From Candidatus Bathyarchaeota archaeon (lineage in GTDB: Archaea > Thermoproteota > Bathyarchaeia > 40CM-2-53-6 > RBG-13-38-9), in contig CAWECG010000001.1 in assembly GCA_963807605.1 (NCBI GenBank), positions 288,001 through 352,000 of the forward strand: 64,000 nt of DNA, read 5' to 3'. The stretch's first letter is position 1; every line of letters starts with the position of its first letter. Under the pieces are notes generated by a model. The model saw only the letters and a program-made list of their open reading frames with translations, did not search any database and was not told the DNA's origin. Below, one piece after another: positions 19,123 through 28,976 of this stretch. The position numbers were made by a program, and so were the translations under genes.

Positions 19123-20417
19123 CTTGAACCTTCTCCTAATTCCATAATGGGGAAGATCTTAATGAAAATCAAGTATCCCAAGGCCACAAAGCTTAGCGTT
19201 CCAATCAATACGGAATACTCCACCCAAGTCGGGGTGTAACTTCCGATTGGGTATATTGTAAGCCTCGGGTACATCAGTGAAGGTACTACTATCAATATTC
19301 TCTTAATCCATAGGACAAACAGTATAATCGCGGACACCGCGATCGTTCCTCTAAGACTGAAGTGCACATGCTTGCTTAAGGTGTCAGCTGCAAGGTAGAT
19401 TGAAGATAGAATTAGCAGGGCTATGACCGGTAGGAAAAGTGTTGAGAGATTTCCAAAGAGTAAAGCATCAGAGACGGCTTTATCCGCAGGTGGAGCCGCG
19501 TACTGGGCAGTTGTTTGCTCATGCAATACGAACCAGAGATATATGACAGTCAGAATTAGCAACATCTTGCTAAGTCCTTTGAAGGCTTTTTGGTCTACTA
19601 GATCCTCCCAGTGAAACAGTTTAACAGCAACTCCGGCCACAAGTATGACTCCAGCCACAGCTGATGTGAGTGCACCAGCCAAGAAGTAAGGTCCTTGTAC
19701 TGCGCTGAACCATGATGGTGGTGCTGGAATTAATCCAAAGATCCAAGGTATCACTGCACCGCTGAGCAATGTCATCAACATGATAAGGCACAACGCTAGC
19801 CACCAAGCGATTTGTTCGATCTTCTCTTTTTCGCCTTCTCGATAATTTACCGTAACGACTTTGTATACTAGTCTCCATTTTGCCGGGAGTCTACTCATTA
19901 GTCTGACTACGTCTTCCCTCATGGTAATGAAAAGGTAGGTTGCGCTGAGGACAAAATAGGCAAGTACTACAGTAAAGTCCCAGATAAGTGGAGAACTTCC
20001 TACGGTCTGCCAATAGTACAATATAAAGTTGAAGATTCTATCTGGTCTGCCTGAGTCAACTATAATTGTAACTAAAGCTGCGACCAGAGAGAGGATTGTT
20101 AAAAGTTCAGCTATCCTGGCCAAGGGTTTGTAATGTTCAAGCTTCATTATCCGTATTGACGCTGAAATACCGATTCCTCCATGGGCCATGCCGACATACC
20201 AGACGAATGAAGATATGTAGAGCCCCCATGGAACTCCTCCACTTGTCCCCCAGTCTCTCAGTCCAGTGACAACTAAACCCTGAGTGAGTTGTGTCAGGTA
20301 TGCATAGACTCCTAAAACTAGGAACGCCGCCAGGACCGCTAATGACGCGTAAAAGAGCTTGCTAGTGTGGAGTATAGGTTCGAGGATTCTTTCCTCTGTG
20401 AGTTTGTCGCTGCTCAT
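19119..20417 (-). CDS. NrfD/PsrC-family membrane anchor (DmsC/HybB-like)
   Basis: GLVVTGL, PWGLYI, DSGRPDR, SSPLIWD, YTPTWVEY; about 10 TM helices. Confidence 0.9.
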   Translation of the reverse strand: MSSDKLTEERILEPILHTSKLFYASLAVLAAFLVLGVYAYLTQLTQGLVVTGLRDWGTSGGVPWGLYISSFVWYVGMAHGGIGISASIRIMKLEHYKPLARIAELLTILSLVAALVTIIVDSGRPDRIFNFILYYWQTVGSSPLIWDFTVVLAYFVLSATYLFITMREDVVRLMSRLPAKWRLVYKVVTVNYREGEKEKIEQIAWWLALCLIMLMTLLSGAVIPWIFGLIPAPPSWFSAVQGPYFLAGALTSAVAGVILVAGVAVKLFHWEDLVDQKAFKGLSKMLLILTVIYLWFVLHEQTTAQYAAPPADKAVSDALLFGNLSTLFLPVIALLILSSIYLAADTLSKHVHFSLRGTIAVSAIILFVLWIKRILIVVPSLMYPRLTIYPIGSYTPTWVEYSVLIGTLSFVALGYLIFIKIFPIMELGEGSR

Positions 20418-20420
20418 CGT

Positions 20421-21266
20421 TCAAGCACCTTTACTCGCGTATTGCTGCTCATGGAGCGGGTAGCCTCCAACATAGTATACCTTGGGTTCTGTGCCTAATT
20501 CGTCAAGTAGACGGAAGTACTTGTTCTTAGAGACGAATTTTGAGACATCGCTGTTGGGGTCGTTCAAATCGCCAAAGTGCAATGCGTGTACCGGACATAT
20601 CTCCACGCACGCTGGAAGAAGTTTACCTTTGTCAATGCGTTGAACGCACCAAGTGCATTTCTCCATTACACCTATAGAATGTCCTCCCCCGGCGGTCTCT
20701 CTTCCGTCACGATCACGGTAATCCTTTAGGATCCCAGTTGTGGAACCCAATTCTCCTTGAGTGCCCTTTGGATTACTCCAGTTGAAGTGGTTCACACCGT
20801 AGGGGCAGGCTACCTCGCAGTACCTGCAACCTATGCATCTCCCAAAGTCTGTTAATACAAGACCGTCATCCCGCTTGTATCGCGCTGTCACGGGGCATAC
20901 CTTTGCACACGGTGGATTATTGCAGTGCATACATGGCCGCGGCAAGTATTTGTAGTCAGCATTTGTCGGATATATGAGCTCCATCCAAAATATTCCCTGA
21001 GGAGTACCATTCTCAATTTTGCAGGCTTCGACACATTTCCTACAGCCGATGCAAGTTCCGACATCCACGACATAGGCATATTTTGGCCCAGAAGACGACC
21101 CGCCGGTCGTGCTTGAAGCTTTGGCAGATTTAACTAGTGTATTCCATTCTCCGCCTTTCAGCATCGATATGGTTGACAAACCTAGTCGTGTAATGAGAAG
21201 ACCCGCACCAATGCCGGCTGCGTATCTTATGAATTTTCTTCGAGAGACCTTTTGCATCATTTTCAC
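20421..21266 (-). CDS. Tat-exported 4x[4Fe-4S] protein (NrfC/DmsB/HybA-like)
   Basis: SRRKFIR signal; CIGCRKCVEAC, CMHCNNPPCAKVCP, CIGCRYCEVACP, KCTWC...PACVEICP. Confidence 0.9.
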   Translation of the reverse strand: MKMMQKVSRRKFIRYAAGIGAGLLITRLGLSTISMLKGGEWNTLVKSAKASSTTGGSSSGPKYAYVVDVGTCIGCRKCVEACKIENGTPQGIFWMELIYPTNADYKYLPRPCMHCNNPPCAKVCPVTARYKRDDGLVLTDFGRCIGCRYCEVACPYGVNHFNWSNPKGTQGELGSTTGILKDYRDRDGRETAGGGHSIGVMEKCTWCVQRIDKGKLLPACVEICPVHALHFGDLNDPNSDVSKFVSKNKYFRLLDELGTEPKVYYVGGYPLHEQQYASKGA

Positions 21267-21290
21267 TTGTGATAGTCACTTGATTAAAAT

Positions 21291-21809
21291 CTAGGAAACG
21301 TTTTTGTCCGCTTTTAAAGCTTTTCTCGTTTGTCCCGAATAAGAGTTGACTTCTTGCAGAATCAGCTGAATGATCCTAGGAACGGCCGAGTTGACTTTCT
21401 CTGTAAGCCCGATCTTCATTGTCGCCGTGTCTTCAGGTTCGCAACCAATGATCAGTATGTCTTTTGGCATGTCGCCGAGTCTTCGGCCGATAGCTATAAC
21501 CTTCTCTAAGTCAACTTCATGCATGCTCGCGTAGATCATACGCCTAAGATCCTCGTCTACAACTTCTTTGACTTCACGTGGTTCAATTCGGTAGACTGTA
21601 CCCGGGGATTTGCCAAGTCTCACTGCGTCGATGAATATTATTCTATTATAATACTTGGAGTAGTGGAGGATATCCATCCCTGAAGTTCCAAGATCCATGA
21701 CATCGACATGAGGGGGCAATTTGGTCTGGTTGAGTTTCGCAACTACTCCGGGTCCCAGTCCATCATCGCATTTCAGAAGGTTTCCAACCCCAGCAATCAG
21801 AGTCTTCAT
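21291..21809 (-). CDS. Hydrogenase maturation protease
   Basis: GVGNLLKCDDGLG, FIDAV, SMHEV, IGCEP. Confidence 0.92.
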   Translation of the reverse strand: MKTLIAGVGNLLKCDDGLGPGVVAKLNQTKLPPHVDVMDLGTSGMDILHYSKYYNRIIFIDAVRLGKSPGTVYRIEPREVKEVVDEDLRRMIYASMHEVDLEKVIAIGRRLGDMPKDILIIGCEPEDTATMKIGLTEKVNSAVPRIIQLILQEVNSYSGQTRKALKADKNVS

Positions 21810-22027
21810 CTGCTCTACTACAGCTTGCTATGTGATGCTCAGATTAGGTATCGTAACAGCCTAACTTATCTATTCTTCAATAGAAAAATTATGAGTAAGC
21901 GTGTTTCACCTTTTTGCTGCAGAGACTGGCGGGATTTGTTCTTGTGGGATGCTTCGGCATTTTGTAGGTAGTCAACTTTAAAAGAATAGTTAACACATGT
22001 GGAATCCAAAATTCGGAGACTCATTCC

Positions 22028-23104
22028 ATGGAGCCCCAAGTCGACAATATCCTTTCAAGACGCAATTTCCTGAAAGCGGGTGTAGGCGCCGCAGCATTAC
22101 TATCAACATTCCGCCTCGATGAAGCTCTCGTCAAAGAAGCTATGGCACAATTACAGCAAGGCGGAGTCTCATTGCTTTGGGTTCACGGTGCAGCATGTCA
22201 ATCGTGCACTGTCTCTCTTCTGAACACAACCTACCCGGATGTCATTGACGTGATTACAGGCACACTTCCACAGGTTAAGGTAAATCTCGATTACCAACCA
22301 GTTCTAATGCCGAAGTGGGGAGATGAAGCACTCGAAGTCCTGAAAAACCCGCCAAACGACTATATCCTCGTCATCGAAGGTGCGATACAGACGAAGAATG
22401 ACGGCACCTTCTGCACCATAGGTGAGATCGATGGAAAGCCCGTGGTGATGAAAGATTGGGTTACAAAACTCTCAGGCGGTGCAATGGCGGTTCTTGCTTT
22501 TGGAACATGTGCCTCCTATGGGGGAATACCCGCTGGTTTACCAAACCCTACGGGATCAGTGGGGGCTACGGATTTTCTGGGAGCCAATTACAGATCAAGA
22601 CTCAATCTACCGATAGTCAATGTTTCAGGATGTCCACCACATCCTGACTGGATGGTTGGGACCCTTGCTACCGTTATTCTTGCAGCAAAGAAGCTCTATC
22701 CCTTTCCAGAACTTGACGCTTTAGGTCGCCCTACCATGTACTTTGGCAGAGCAGTTCATGACGACTGCCCGAGGAGAGCCTTCTATGATGAGGGAAAGTT
22801 CGCTGACAGGTTTGGTCACGACGGATGTATATTCCAACTCGGCTGTAAGGGCCCTATATCCTATGCAGACTGCAACTCGAGAAAATGGAATAATGGCTTG
22901 AATTCCTGCACAATTTCCGGTGCACCCTGTCTCGCGTGTGTCCAGCCAGAATTTCCTGACAAGGCATCTCCGTTCCTTGAGCCGCTTCCTATACCTGCAA
23001 TGTCATACAAGGAGGCGGCTGCCATTGGAACAGCTGTTGGAGGAATTCTCGCCGGGGCTTACTGGCTTCAAGGCAGAAAAGGGAAGCAACAAGGTGCCCA
23101 CTGA
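22028..23104 (+). CDS. [NiFe]-hydrogenase small subunit (group 1, Tat signal, C-terminal anchor)
   Basis: SRRNFLK; CQSC, GTCASYGG, GCPPHP, HDDCPRR, GCKGP, CLAC; C-terminal TM. Confidence 0.95.
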   Translation: MEPQVDNILSRRNFLKAGVGAAALLSTFRLDEALVKEAMAQLQQGGVSLLWVHGAACQSCTVSLLNTTYPDVIDVITGTLPQVKVNLDYQPVLMPKWGDEALEVLKNPPNDYILVIEGAIQTKNDGTFCTIGEIDGKPVVMKDWVTKLSGGAMAVLAFGTCASYGGIPAGLPNPTGSVGATDFLGANYRSRLNLPIVNVSGCPPHPDWMVGTLATVILAAKKLYPFPELDALGRPTMYFGRAVHDDCPRRAFYDEGKFADRFGHDGCIFQLGCKGPISYADCNSRKWNNGLNSCTISGAPCLACVQPEFPDKASPFLEPLPIPAMSYKEAAAIGTAVGGILAGAYWLQGRKGKQQGAH

Positions 23105-24579
23105 TGGTTGAAATTACAGTAGATCCTGTCACTAGGATTGAAGGACATCTCAATATTAAATTGGAAATGGAAGGGGGCAGATTCACGAATGCCTGGTCAT
23201 CACATTCACTCTTCAGAGGTTTCGAAGAGATTCTACAAGGAAGAGACCCTCGAGATGCGGTCTGGATCGCATCTCGGATGTGCGGTGTATGCTATACTTC
23301 GCACGGGATGGCTGCAGCGCTAGCTTTAGAACAGGCTATGGGAGTCAAACCACCTCCTTTGGGAAGTTTACTTAGAGTTTTGACTCAACTCGCGGAGTGG
23401 ATGTATGATCACGTATTGATCCTTTTTGCTTTGGAGGGTCCGGACTACGGTCCCCCGTATGGGAAGCTGGATGAATTCGCTGCATTCAAAGGCAAAGGTT
23501 ACCTCGATGCGTTGAGGATGTCAAGACTCGCCAGAGAAGCTACAGCTGTATGGGGAGGCAAGATGCCTCATCAGGCTTCATTTGTTGTAGGCGGAATAAC
23601 AGAATTTCCGGATACAAAGAAGTTCGCAAACTTCACTTACAGGCTTCTTGAGGTGAAGAAATGGATTGACGAATACATGATCCCTCTAATGGACAAGTTC
23701 TACGATTCCTACAAAGATGAGCTGACGAATTCTGGCGAACGAGATGCTAGTTTTCTCAGCTATGGAGTCTTCGACGACGAGACACTCGACCCGCAGAAGA
23801 GGCTATTGAAACCTGGCGCTCTCATAAACGGCAACTTGGTCACAACAAACCTATACCAAGATATCGCCCCAAAGATCACCGAGTATGTTACTCACTCTTG
23901 GTATACCGATGATTCAGGGGGAGAGCCGGATAAGAGCAAGGCTCCCGTGCCTCAGTATACCGGAATACAGAAAGATGGAAAATACTCATGGTGCAAAGCT
24001 CCACGCTGGGATGACAACGTCGTAGAGGTTGGGCCACTAGCTCGAATGTGGGTCACAGCGCTTCAAAGCGGAGGAAGAATCCGGACCGACGCCGGTAATT
24101 GGAGCCCGCCAAAGAAACCTGACACAATCGAGAGACTATACGCCAGAGCATATGAAACCGCCTTCGTAGCGACCAAACTAGTTGATAAACTCTATGAACT
24201 TCTAGATCTTATCAACCGCGGTGAGCGGGAAGTCTTCCAACCCTTCTCCATCCCGGAGAGCTCAGAAGGAATGGGACTTACTGAAGCTGCGAGGGGAGCC
24301 CTTGGGCATTGGGTAAAGATCGAGAACAAGAAGATTGCAGGATATCAAGTCATAACCCCTACGACTTGGAATGGCTCCCCAAGAGACAACAAGGGAAGGC
24401 GTGGACCGACAGAGGAGGCACTCTCAAACACGCTTGTTAAGAATACAGATCCAACATTGGATGCGGTTAGGGTAGTGCGGGCTTTCGATCCCTGTATAGC
24501 ATGTGCCGTCCATGTCCTCGATGGGAAGAAGGTCTTAACAAAGCGCATAGAGGTCTTCGGCGATATCACTCGGCCATAA
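23104..24579 (+). CDS. [NiFe]-hydrogenase large subunit
   Basis: DPVTRIEGH, L1 RMCGVC, L2 DPCIACAVH followed by a cleavable extension. Confidence 0.96.
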   Translation: MVEITVDPVTRIEGHLNIKLEMEGGRFTNAWSSHSLFRGFEEILQGRDPRDAVWIASRMCGVCYTSHGMAAALALEQAMGVKPPPLGSLLRVLTQLAEWMYDHVLILFALEGPDYGPPYGKLDEFAAFKGKGYLDALRMSRLAREATAVWGGKMPHQASFVVGGITEFPDTKKFANFTYRLLEVKKWIDEYMIPLMDKFYDSYKDELTNSGERDASFLSYGVFDDETLDPQKRLLKPGALINGNLVTTNLYQDIAPKITEYVTHSWYTDDSGGEPDKSKAPVPQYTGIQKDGKYSWCKAPRWDDNVVEVGPLARMWVTALQSGGRIRTDAGNWSPPKKPDTIERLYARAYETAFVATKLVDKLYELLDLINRGEREVFQPFSIPESSEGMGLTEAARGALGHWVKIENKKIAGYQVITPTTWNGSPRDNKGRRGPTEEALSNTLVKNTDPTLDAVRVVRAFDPCIACAVHVLDGKKVLTKRIEVFGDITRP

Positions 24580-24613
24580 ACGTAAATGGGTGAGAACTTC
24601 CAAGTGATCCTGA

Positions 24614-25333
24614 ATGTTAGACTACGTACAGATCTTTGACTTCGCCAGATCAACCCTTCCACAAATAACACTCGCAGTCTTCATTGTTGGAGTATTAATG
24701 CGAGCCGCCAAGTGGATTAGTCTCGGCTTTCCCAAATGGAAACGCCCGCCGTCAAAATCTCGCAGAATAGTGGGCGCGATAAAGAACTGGTCGATAGATA
24801 TGATCCCTCCATGGGATCTGGCAGGGAGGGTTGAGCCAGTTGGCTATGTCGTCGGGATAACGATGCATGTGACATGCATACTAATACTGCTTGGAGCGTT
24901 GCACGAGGCCTCAGTGATGAACATCCTCAATATTCCTTATCACCCTTCACCATTGCAGTTTCCAATGATACCCGCATCCAATCTTCCAATAACTGTTCCT
25001 AAAGACCTCCTCACCTACTTCATCGCGCCGGTCTTCCTCTCAACGTTAGGTGTCCTCATCCTCAGGCGCGTATACCAGAATATCCGAGGGGGCCCCTTGA
25101 AAGCTCTCACGATAAAATCAGACTGGATCGCTGCGCCTCTTCTATGGTCGGCAGGATTCACAGGCCTTCTCGCAGTCTTAGCGGTTGGACCTTACACACA
25201 AATCTTGACGCTACACCTCATCATCACGCAGATCTTCATAATGTATCTCCCCTACAGCAAACTCCTCCACAGCGCCACAGTCTTCGCAGTCAGAACATGG
25301 GCCGGATTCAGAAGAGCGATCTATGGTGTGTAA
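24614..25333 (+). CDS. NarI/HdrE/Isp1-like b-type cytochrome membrane subunit
   Basis: About 5 TM; His in TMH...LH and LHL...YLPYSKLLH. Confidence 0.75.
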   Translation: MLDYVQIFDFARSTLPQITLAVFIVGVLMRAAKWISLGFPKWKRPPSKSRRIVGAIKNWSIDMIPPWDLAGRVEPVGYVVGITMHVTCILILLGALHEASVMNILNIPYHPSPLQFPMIPASNLPITVPKDLLTYFIAPVFLSTLGVLILRRVYQNIRGGPLKALTIKSDWIAAPLLWSAGFTGLLAVLAVGPYTQILTLHLIITQIFIMYLPYSKLLHSATVFAVRTWAGFRRAIYGV

Positions 25334-25338
25334 CCAAA

Positions 25339-26550
25339 TTGGCTGAAAAGGTATTCTTATCGTTCAAGAGGCTTGATGGTTTCGAAGCCATCAATATGGA
25401 GACCTGCACCAGATGCGGTGCCTGTGCCCACTCATGCCCAGCATATGCACCAACAGGAGAAGATTATGCCGTTCCAGCTTGGAAGAGCGTACAGTTCAGA
25501 AGACTGCTGAATAGGCAGAGAGGCTTTCTCTCAGCCATCCTAGGTCAGAGACCCGTTCCAAGGGAATGGTTGCGCGATATATCTGCCAAAGGCCTCTACC
25601 TGTGTACTCTATGCGGGAGATGCATGCCGGGATGCGTCTTCACCATCCAGAACCTTGAGCTCTGGGAGAAACTCCGCTCAATAATCTTTGAAGAGAAAGA
25701 GGCTTCACCTAACCTAATGAAGGTCTCCGAGTCCCTTGAAACGAGAAGAAATCCATATGACTGCAACCACAATGAACGTTTAAGCTGGGTCAAGGAACTC
25801 GGCCCGGAAAATGCGAGGATAGGCCAGAAGGCCGAGACCCTCTACTATGTCGGTTGCACCTCTTCATACCAAGAACAGGGAATGGCCTCAGCCACTGCAA
25901 GAATCCTGACCAAGCTTAATTATGACTGGTCGCTGTTCGGCCAGGATGAATGGTGCTGCGGAGACCCGCACATCGCGGTAGGCGACCAAGACAAAGCGAG
26001 AGAATTCGCCCAACACAACCTGGAAATCGCCTTATCCCTTGGGGCACGAAAGATCATCACAAGCTGCGCCCACTGCTACAGAATGTGGAAGTGGAAGTAT
26101 CCTCAGCTCCTCGGCAAGAAACACGACCTTGAGATTCTTCACACAACAGAGTGTCTTCAGAGAGGCCTCGAGTCAGGTAGTTTGAAACTTGAAAAGACCT
26201 CAAGCAAGGTGACGTACCACGACCCATGTAACCTTTCCAGGCTCGGAGGTGTCGTGAACGAGCCCAGGCGCGTCATAAGTGAAATCGCCGATAACTACGC
26301 TGAGATGAAGGAGAAGGGGTTCGACACTTTTTGCTGCGGAGGCGGCGGGATGACAGAGGCCGCGAACAAAGAACTCTGGGTGAAGATTGCTGATGAGCGG
26401 TTCAGACAAGCAAAAACGATCGAGCCCGAATTACTGATCTCAGCCTGCCCGTTCTGCCGCCGAACCCTGACACAAGCTGCTGAAAGATCAGAGAGCAAAA
26501 TGCAAGTCCTTGACATAACAGAACTAGTTGCCAGACAGTTGAAGGACTAG
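25339..26550 (+). CDS. HdrD/Isp2-like Fe-S oxidoreductase with two CCG domains (TTG start)
   Basis: CTRCGACAHSCP, CTLCGRC; YVGC...WCCG...SCAHC; YHDPC...CCGGGG...ACPFC. Confidence 0.88.
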   Translation: MAEKVFLSFKRLDGFEAINMETCTRCGACAHSCPAYAPTGEDYAVPAWKSVQFRRLLNRQRGFLSAILGQRPVPREWLRDISAKGLYLCTLCGRCMPGCVFTIQNLELWEKLRSIIFEEKEASPNLMKVSESLETRRNPYDCNHNERLSWVKELGPENARIGQKAETLYYVGCTSSYQEQGMASATARILTKLNYDWSLFGQDEWCCGDPHIAVGDQDKAREFAQHNLEIALSLGARKIITSCAHCYRMWKWKYPQLLGKKHDLEILHTTECLQRGLESGSLKLEKTSSKVTYHDPCNLSRLGGVVNEPRRVISEIADNYAEMKEKGFDTFCCGGGGMTEAANKELWVKIADERFRQAKTIEPELLISACPFCRRTLTQAAERSESKMQVLDITELVARQLKD

Positions 26551-26552
26551 TC

Positions 26553-27428
26553 TTGGCGCACTTGTCGGATTACTGGCGACTTACTAAGCCGAGAGTGACC
26601 TTAGCGATCTTTCTTCTCTTCTTCATGGCCGTCTTGGCAAGCGGTGTTGGAGGAAGCTGGCTCTCTAAGATTGACCGAATATGGAAATTGACCCTCGGCT
26701 CAGTAATCGTCCTTACTTCAGTGGTCGGGTCAAATTCACTCAATAATCGCCTAGATTTCGATGTAGATAAATTGATGGGAAGAACCAGAGACCGAGAGAT
26801 TCCTTCTGGAAGAATATCGACCAGAGCTGCCCAATGTTTTGGTCTCACATTTCTCCTTTTGTCCCTGATATTGGCTCTTGCTTCAGACTATTACTTTCCT
26901 CTTTTACTTATTGTAGGCTTGTCAAGCTACCTGATGTTATATACTCTCGCCCTTAAGAGACACAGCATTCTGAGTGTTTTAGGAACCTGCCCAGCCGTGG
27001 CCTCACCAGTCTGGATCGGCTGGATTGTTGGCAGAGGTTACCTCGATATGGCTGGTTTCTTGACGGGCGTCCTAGTTATGGTTTGGGGCCCTCTTCATCT
27101 TTGGAGTTTGGCGACAGTCTTCCATGAAGACTATAGGCGGGCAGCTATTCCCATGTTGCCCGCGGTTGTGGGCGTAGCTAAGTCATGCCGCTATCTTGTG
27201 GCTCTTGCAGTAATCCTATCGACAGCTTCTCTATCTTTGTATTTCTTGGGTTATTATGGGGTTACCTACTTTGGAGGGATGATCTTGCTGAATTCGCTGC
27301 TCCTCGCTGTTGCAGTTGCAACGGTTGTTAGACCTTCTGGAAGGTGGAATTGGATTATGTATAAGATTTCAGCACCATACATGATTTTAGCGCTATTATT
27401 TGCAGCGACAGATAGAGTCTTCGGCTAA
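26553..27428 (+). CDS. cyoE: Protoheme IX farnesyltransferase (heme O synthase)
   Basis: LTKPRV, DVDKLMGRTRDREIPSGRI, YTLALKR, WGPLHLWSL, EDYRRAAIPMLP. Confidence 0.88.
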   Translation: MAHLSDYWRLTKPRVTLAIFLLFFMAVLASGVGGSWLSKIDRIWKLTLGSVIVLTSVVGSNSLNNRLDFDVDKLMGRTRDREIPSGRISTRAAQCFGLTFLLLSLILALASDYYFPLLLIVGLSSYLMLYTLALKRHSILSVLGTCPAVASPVWIGWIVGRGYLDMAGFLTGVLVMVWGPLHLWSLATVFHEDYRRAAIPMLPAVVGVAKSCRYLVALAVILSTASLSLYFLGYYGVTYFGGMILLNSLLLAVAVATVVRPSGRWNWIMYKISAPYMILALLFAATDRVFG

Positions 27429-27501
27429 TCCCTGCAGAAGTTTCGAAGAGACACAGTTGTTCCATTCATTTCTAGTCACGTGCTCGGTTTGAGTGCGGTA
27501 T

Positions 27502-28869
27502 CTAACAATTTACTAGTTGTCTCTTTCTACGAAGCTTAGGTGTTGATATAGTAATCATGAGTACAGCGGTCACCGCAACCAGAAAGATTCCTGAAGTAGA
27601 ATGTTCGCTGAACTCAGGTATTGTCTGACTGCCAGCTACGACAACCTTGTGCGTGGTCAAGGTTGTTGTGAAGTTCACAGCGGTTATCGTGAAGTTCACA
27701 GCGAATGCAGTTTGGTTTTCAGATACTAAGGGTGTCGTCTCAACCCCGTCTACTAGGACGATCGGACTTCCTTTGAGAAACCTCTTCTCGATGTTGACTC
27801 CAATGGAAACGGAGGTTCCCCTGCCAATTATGGAGAAATTCAGTTGACTTCTTGCATCGTCGTAAATGACGGCGAATACTGAAGAGTTACTTGCTATTGC
27901 GATTGAGGAGTTGTAATGTATTGTGCCTGTAAAGAGTTCTGGGTGTATTATGGAAGCCAAGTCTTCGAGCCCATCGTAGGCTCTGGGTCCTTGGCGATCT
28001 ATCAGATTCTCATCTATAGTGTATATTTTGCCTTCTTCAACAGCCGTTATGGTGCCCCAGCCAGCTCTTTTCTCAAAGTCTGTTTTTGAAACGCCGCCCA
28101 TGTAACCTACTGGAACCACAATTATGTCTGGATCCTTCTGTATGACCATCTCGCTGTCGACAGTAGGATACATTGTTGTGTTATCATGAAAGATGTTTGT
28201 TCCACCTGCTTTTGTTATGAGCTCATCTCCAAGAGAGTTTGAGCCAAAACTCATCAGTGGGTCGTACCATAGCTCATAGTAGAGCTTTGGTTTAACACTC
28301 GTGCTAGCGATTCTTTCTGAGATATAACTGGCCCTGTCCTGCAGGTTTTCCACAAGTCTGTTTGCTTCGGAGACGTTGCCACATATGGTGCCAACAAGCG
28401 CCAAGTCACGGGTGATGTCATTCAGTGTCTTAGGGTTAAGAGCCACCACAACAACCCCTTTGTTCTGAAGGGCAGACACAAATTCATATTGGAGGTCTGT
28501 TGCGGCAAGGACCAGATCTGGATTGAGTGCGACAACCCCTTCAAGGCTCGGGTTGGCGTAGCCGCCGATTACAGCTATTTCTCCTGTCTTGACCTTCTGG
28601 GGAACTACAGGGGGATAGTCGGAATAGTTGTCTACCCCGACAACCTGATTTCCCGCACCGATTGCAAAAAGGATCTCTGTGTTGCTTGGAGCTGTAGAGA
28701 CTATACGTGCAGGAGGAGCTTTTATGGTGACGTTTCTTCCAAAATCGTCTATTACCGACAGTGGGAATCCACCGTCAGCATGCGCTGTCGATACGGTCAG
28801 AAGTGGAACTGGCACAGTTAAAATCAAAAGAACGACGAGTTTGAGGGCAAGCATGGATGGAGTATCCAT
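27502..28869 (-). CDS. Cobalamin/iron-siderophore substrate-binding protein (BtuF-like) with PEF-CTERM tail
   Basis: DDFGRNVTI, RIVSTAPSNTEILFAIG, VGVDNYSDYP, RQGPR; IPEF + TM + basic tail. Confidence 0.88.
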   Translation of the reverse strand: MDTPSMLALKLVVLLILTVPVPLLTVSTAHADGGFPLSVIDDFGRNVTIKAPPARIVSTAPSNTEILFAIGAGNQVVGVDNYSDYPPVVPQKVKTGEIAVIGGYANPSLEGVVALNPDLVLAATDLQYEFVSALQNKGVVVVALNPKTLNDITRDLALVGTICGNVSEANRLVENLQDRASYISERIASTSVKPKLYYELWYDPLMSFGSNSLGDELITKAGGTNIFHDNTTMYPTVDSEMVIQKDPDIIVVPVGYMGGVSKTDFEKRAGWGTITAVEEGKIYTIDENLIDRQGPRAYDGLEDLASIIHPELFTGTIHYNSSIAIASNSSVFAVIYDDARSQLNFSIIGRGTSVSIGVNIEKRFLKGSPIVLVDGVETTPLVSENQTAFAVNFTITAVNFTTTLTTHKVVVAGSQTIPEFSEHSTSGIFLVAVTAVLMITISTPKLRRKRQLVNC

Positions 28870-28976
28870 CCATCAACTTATTTAAGTTGAACGTGCCCCT
28901 CCAAATTCAACCTAGGCCTTCTCGTATTCAAGTTGTTAAGCTGCAAGAGTGTGTTCTGATTTACCTTTACACATTT

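Noticed and set aside
25144-25338. N-terminal 65 codons of the listed 468-aa ORF
   Set aside because: They overlap the cytochrome b gene; the TTG at 25339 is the plausible start.
26063-26080. CAHC as a c-type heme site giving Ccm a local substrate
   Set aside because: It is not CxxCH; it is the CxxC of a CCG domain in a protein with no export signal.
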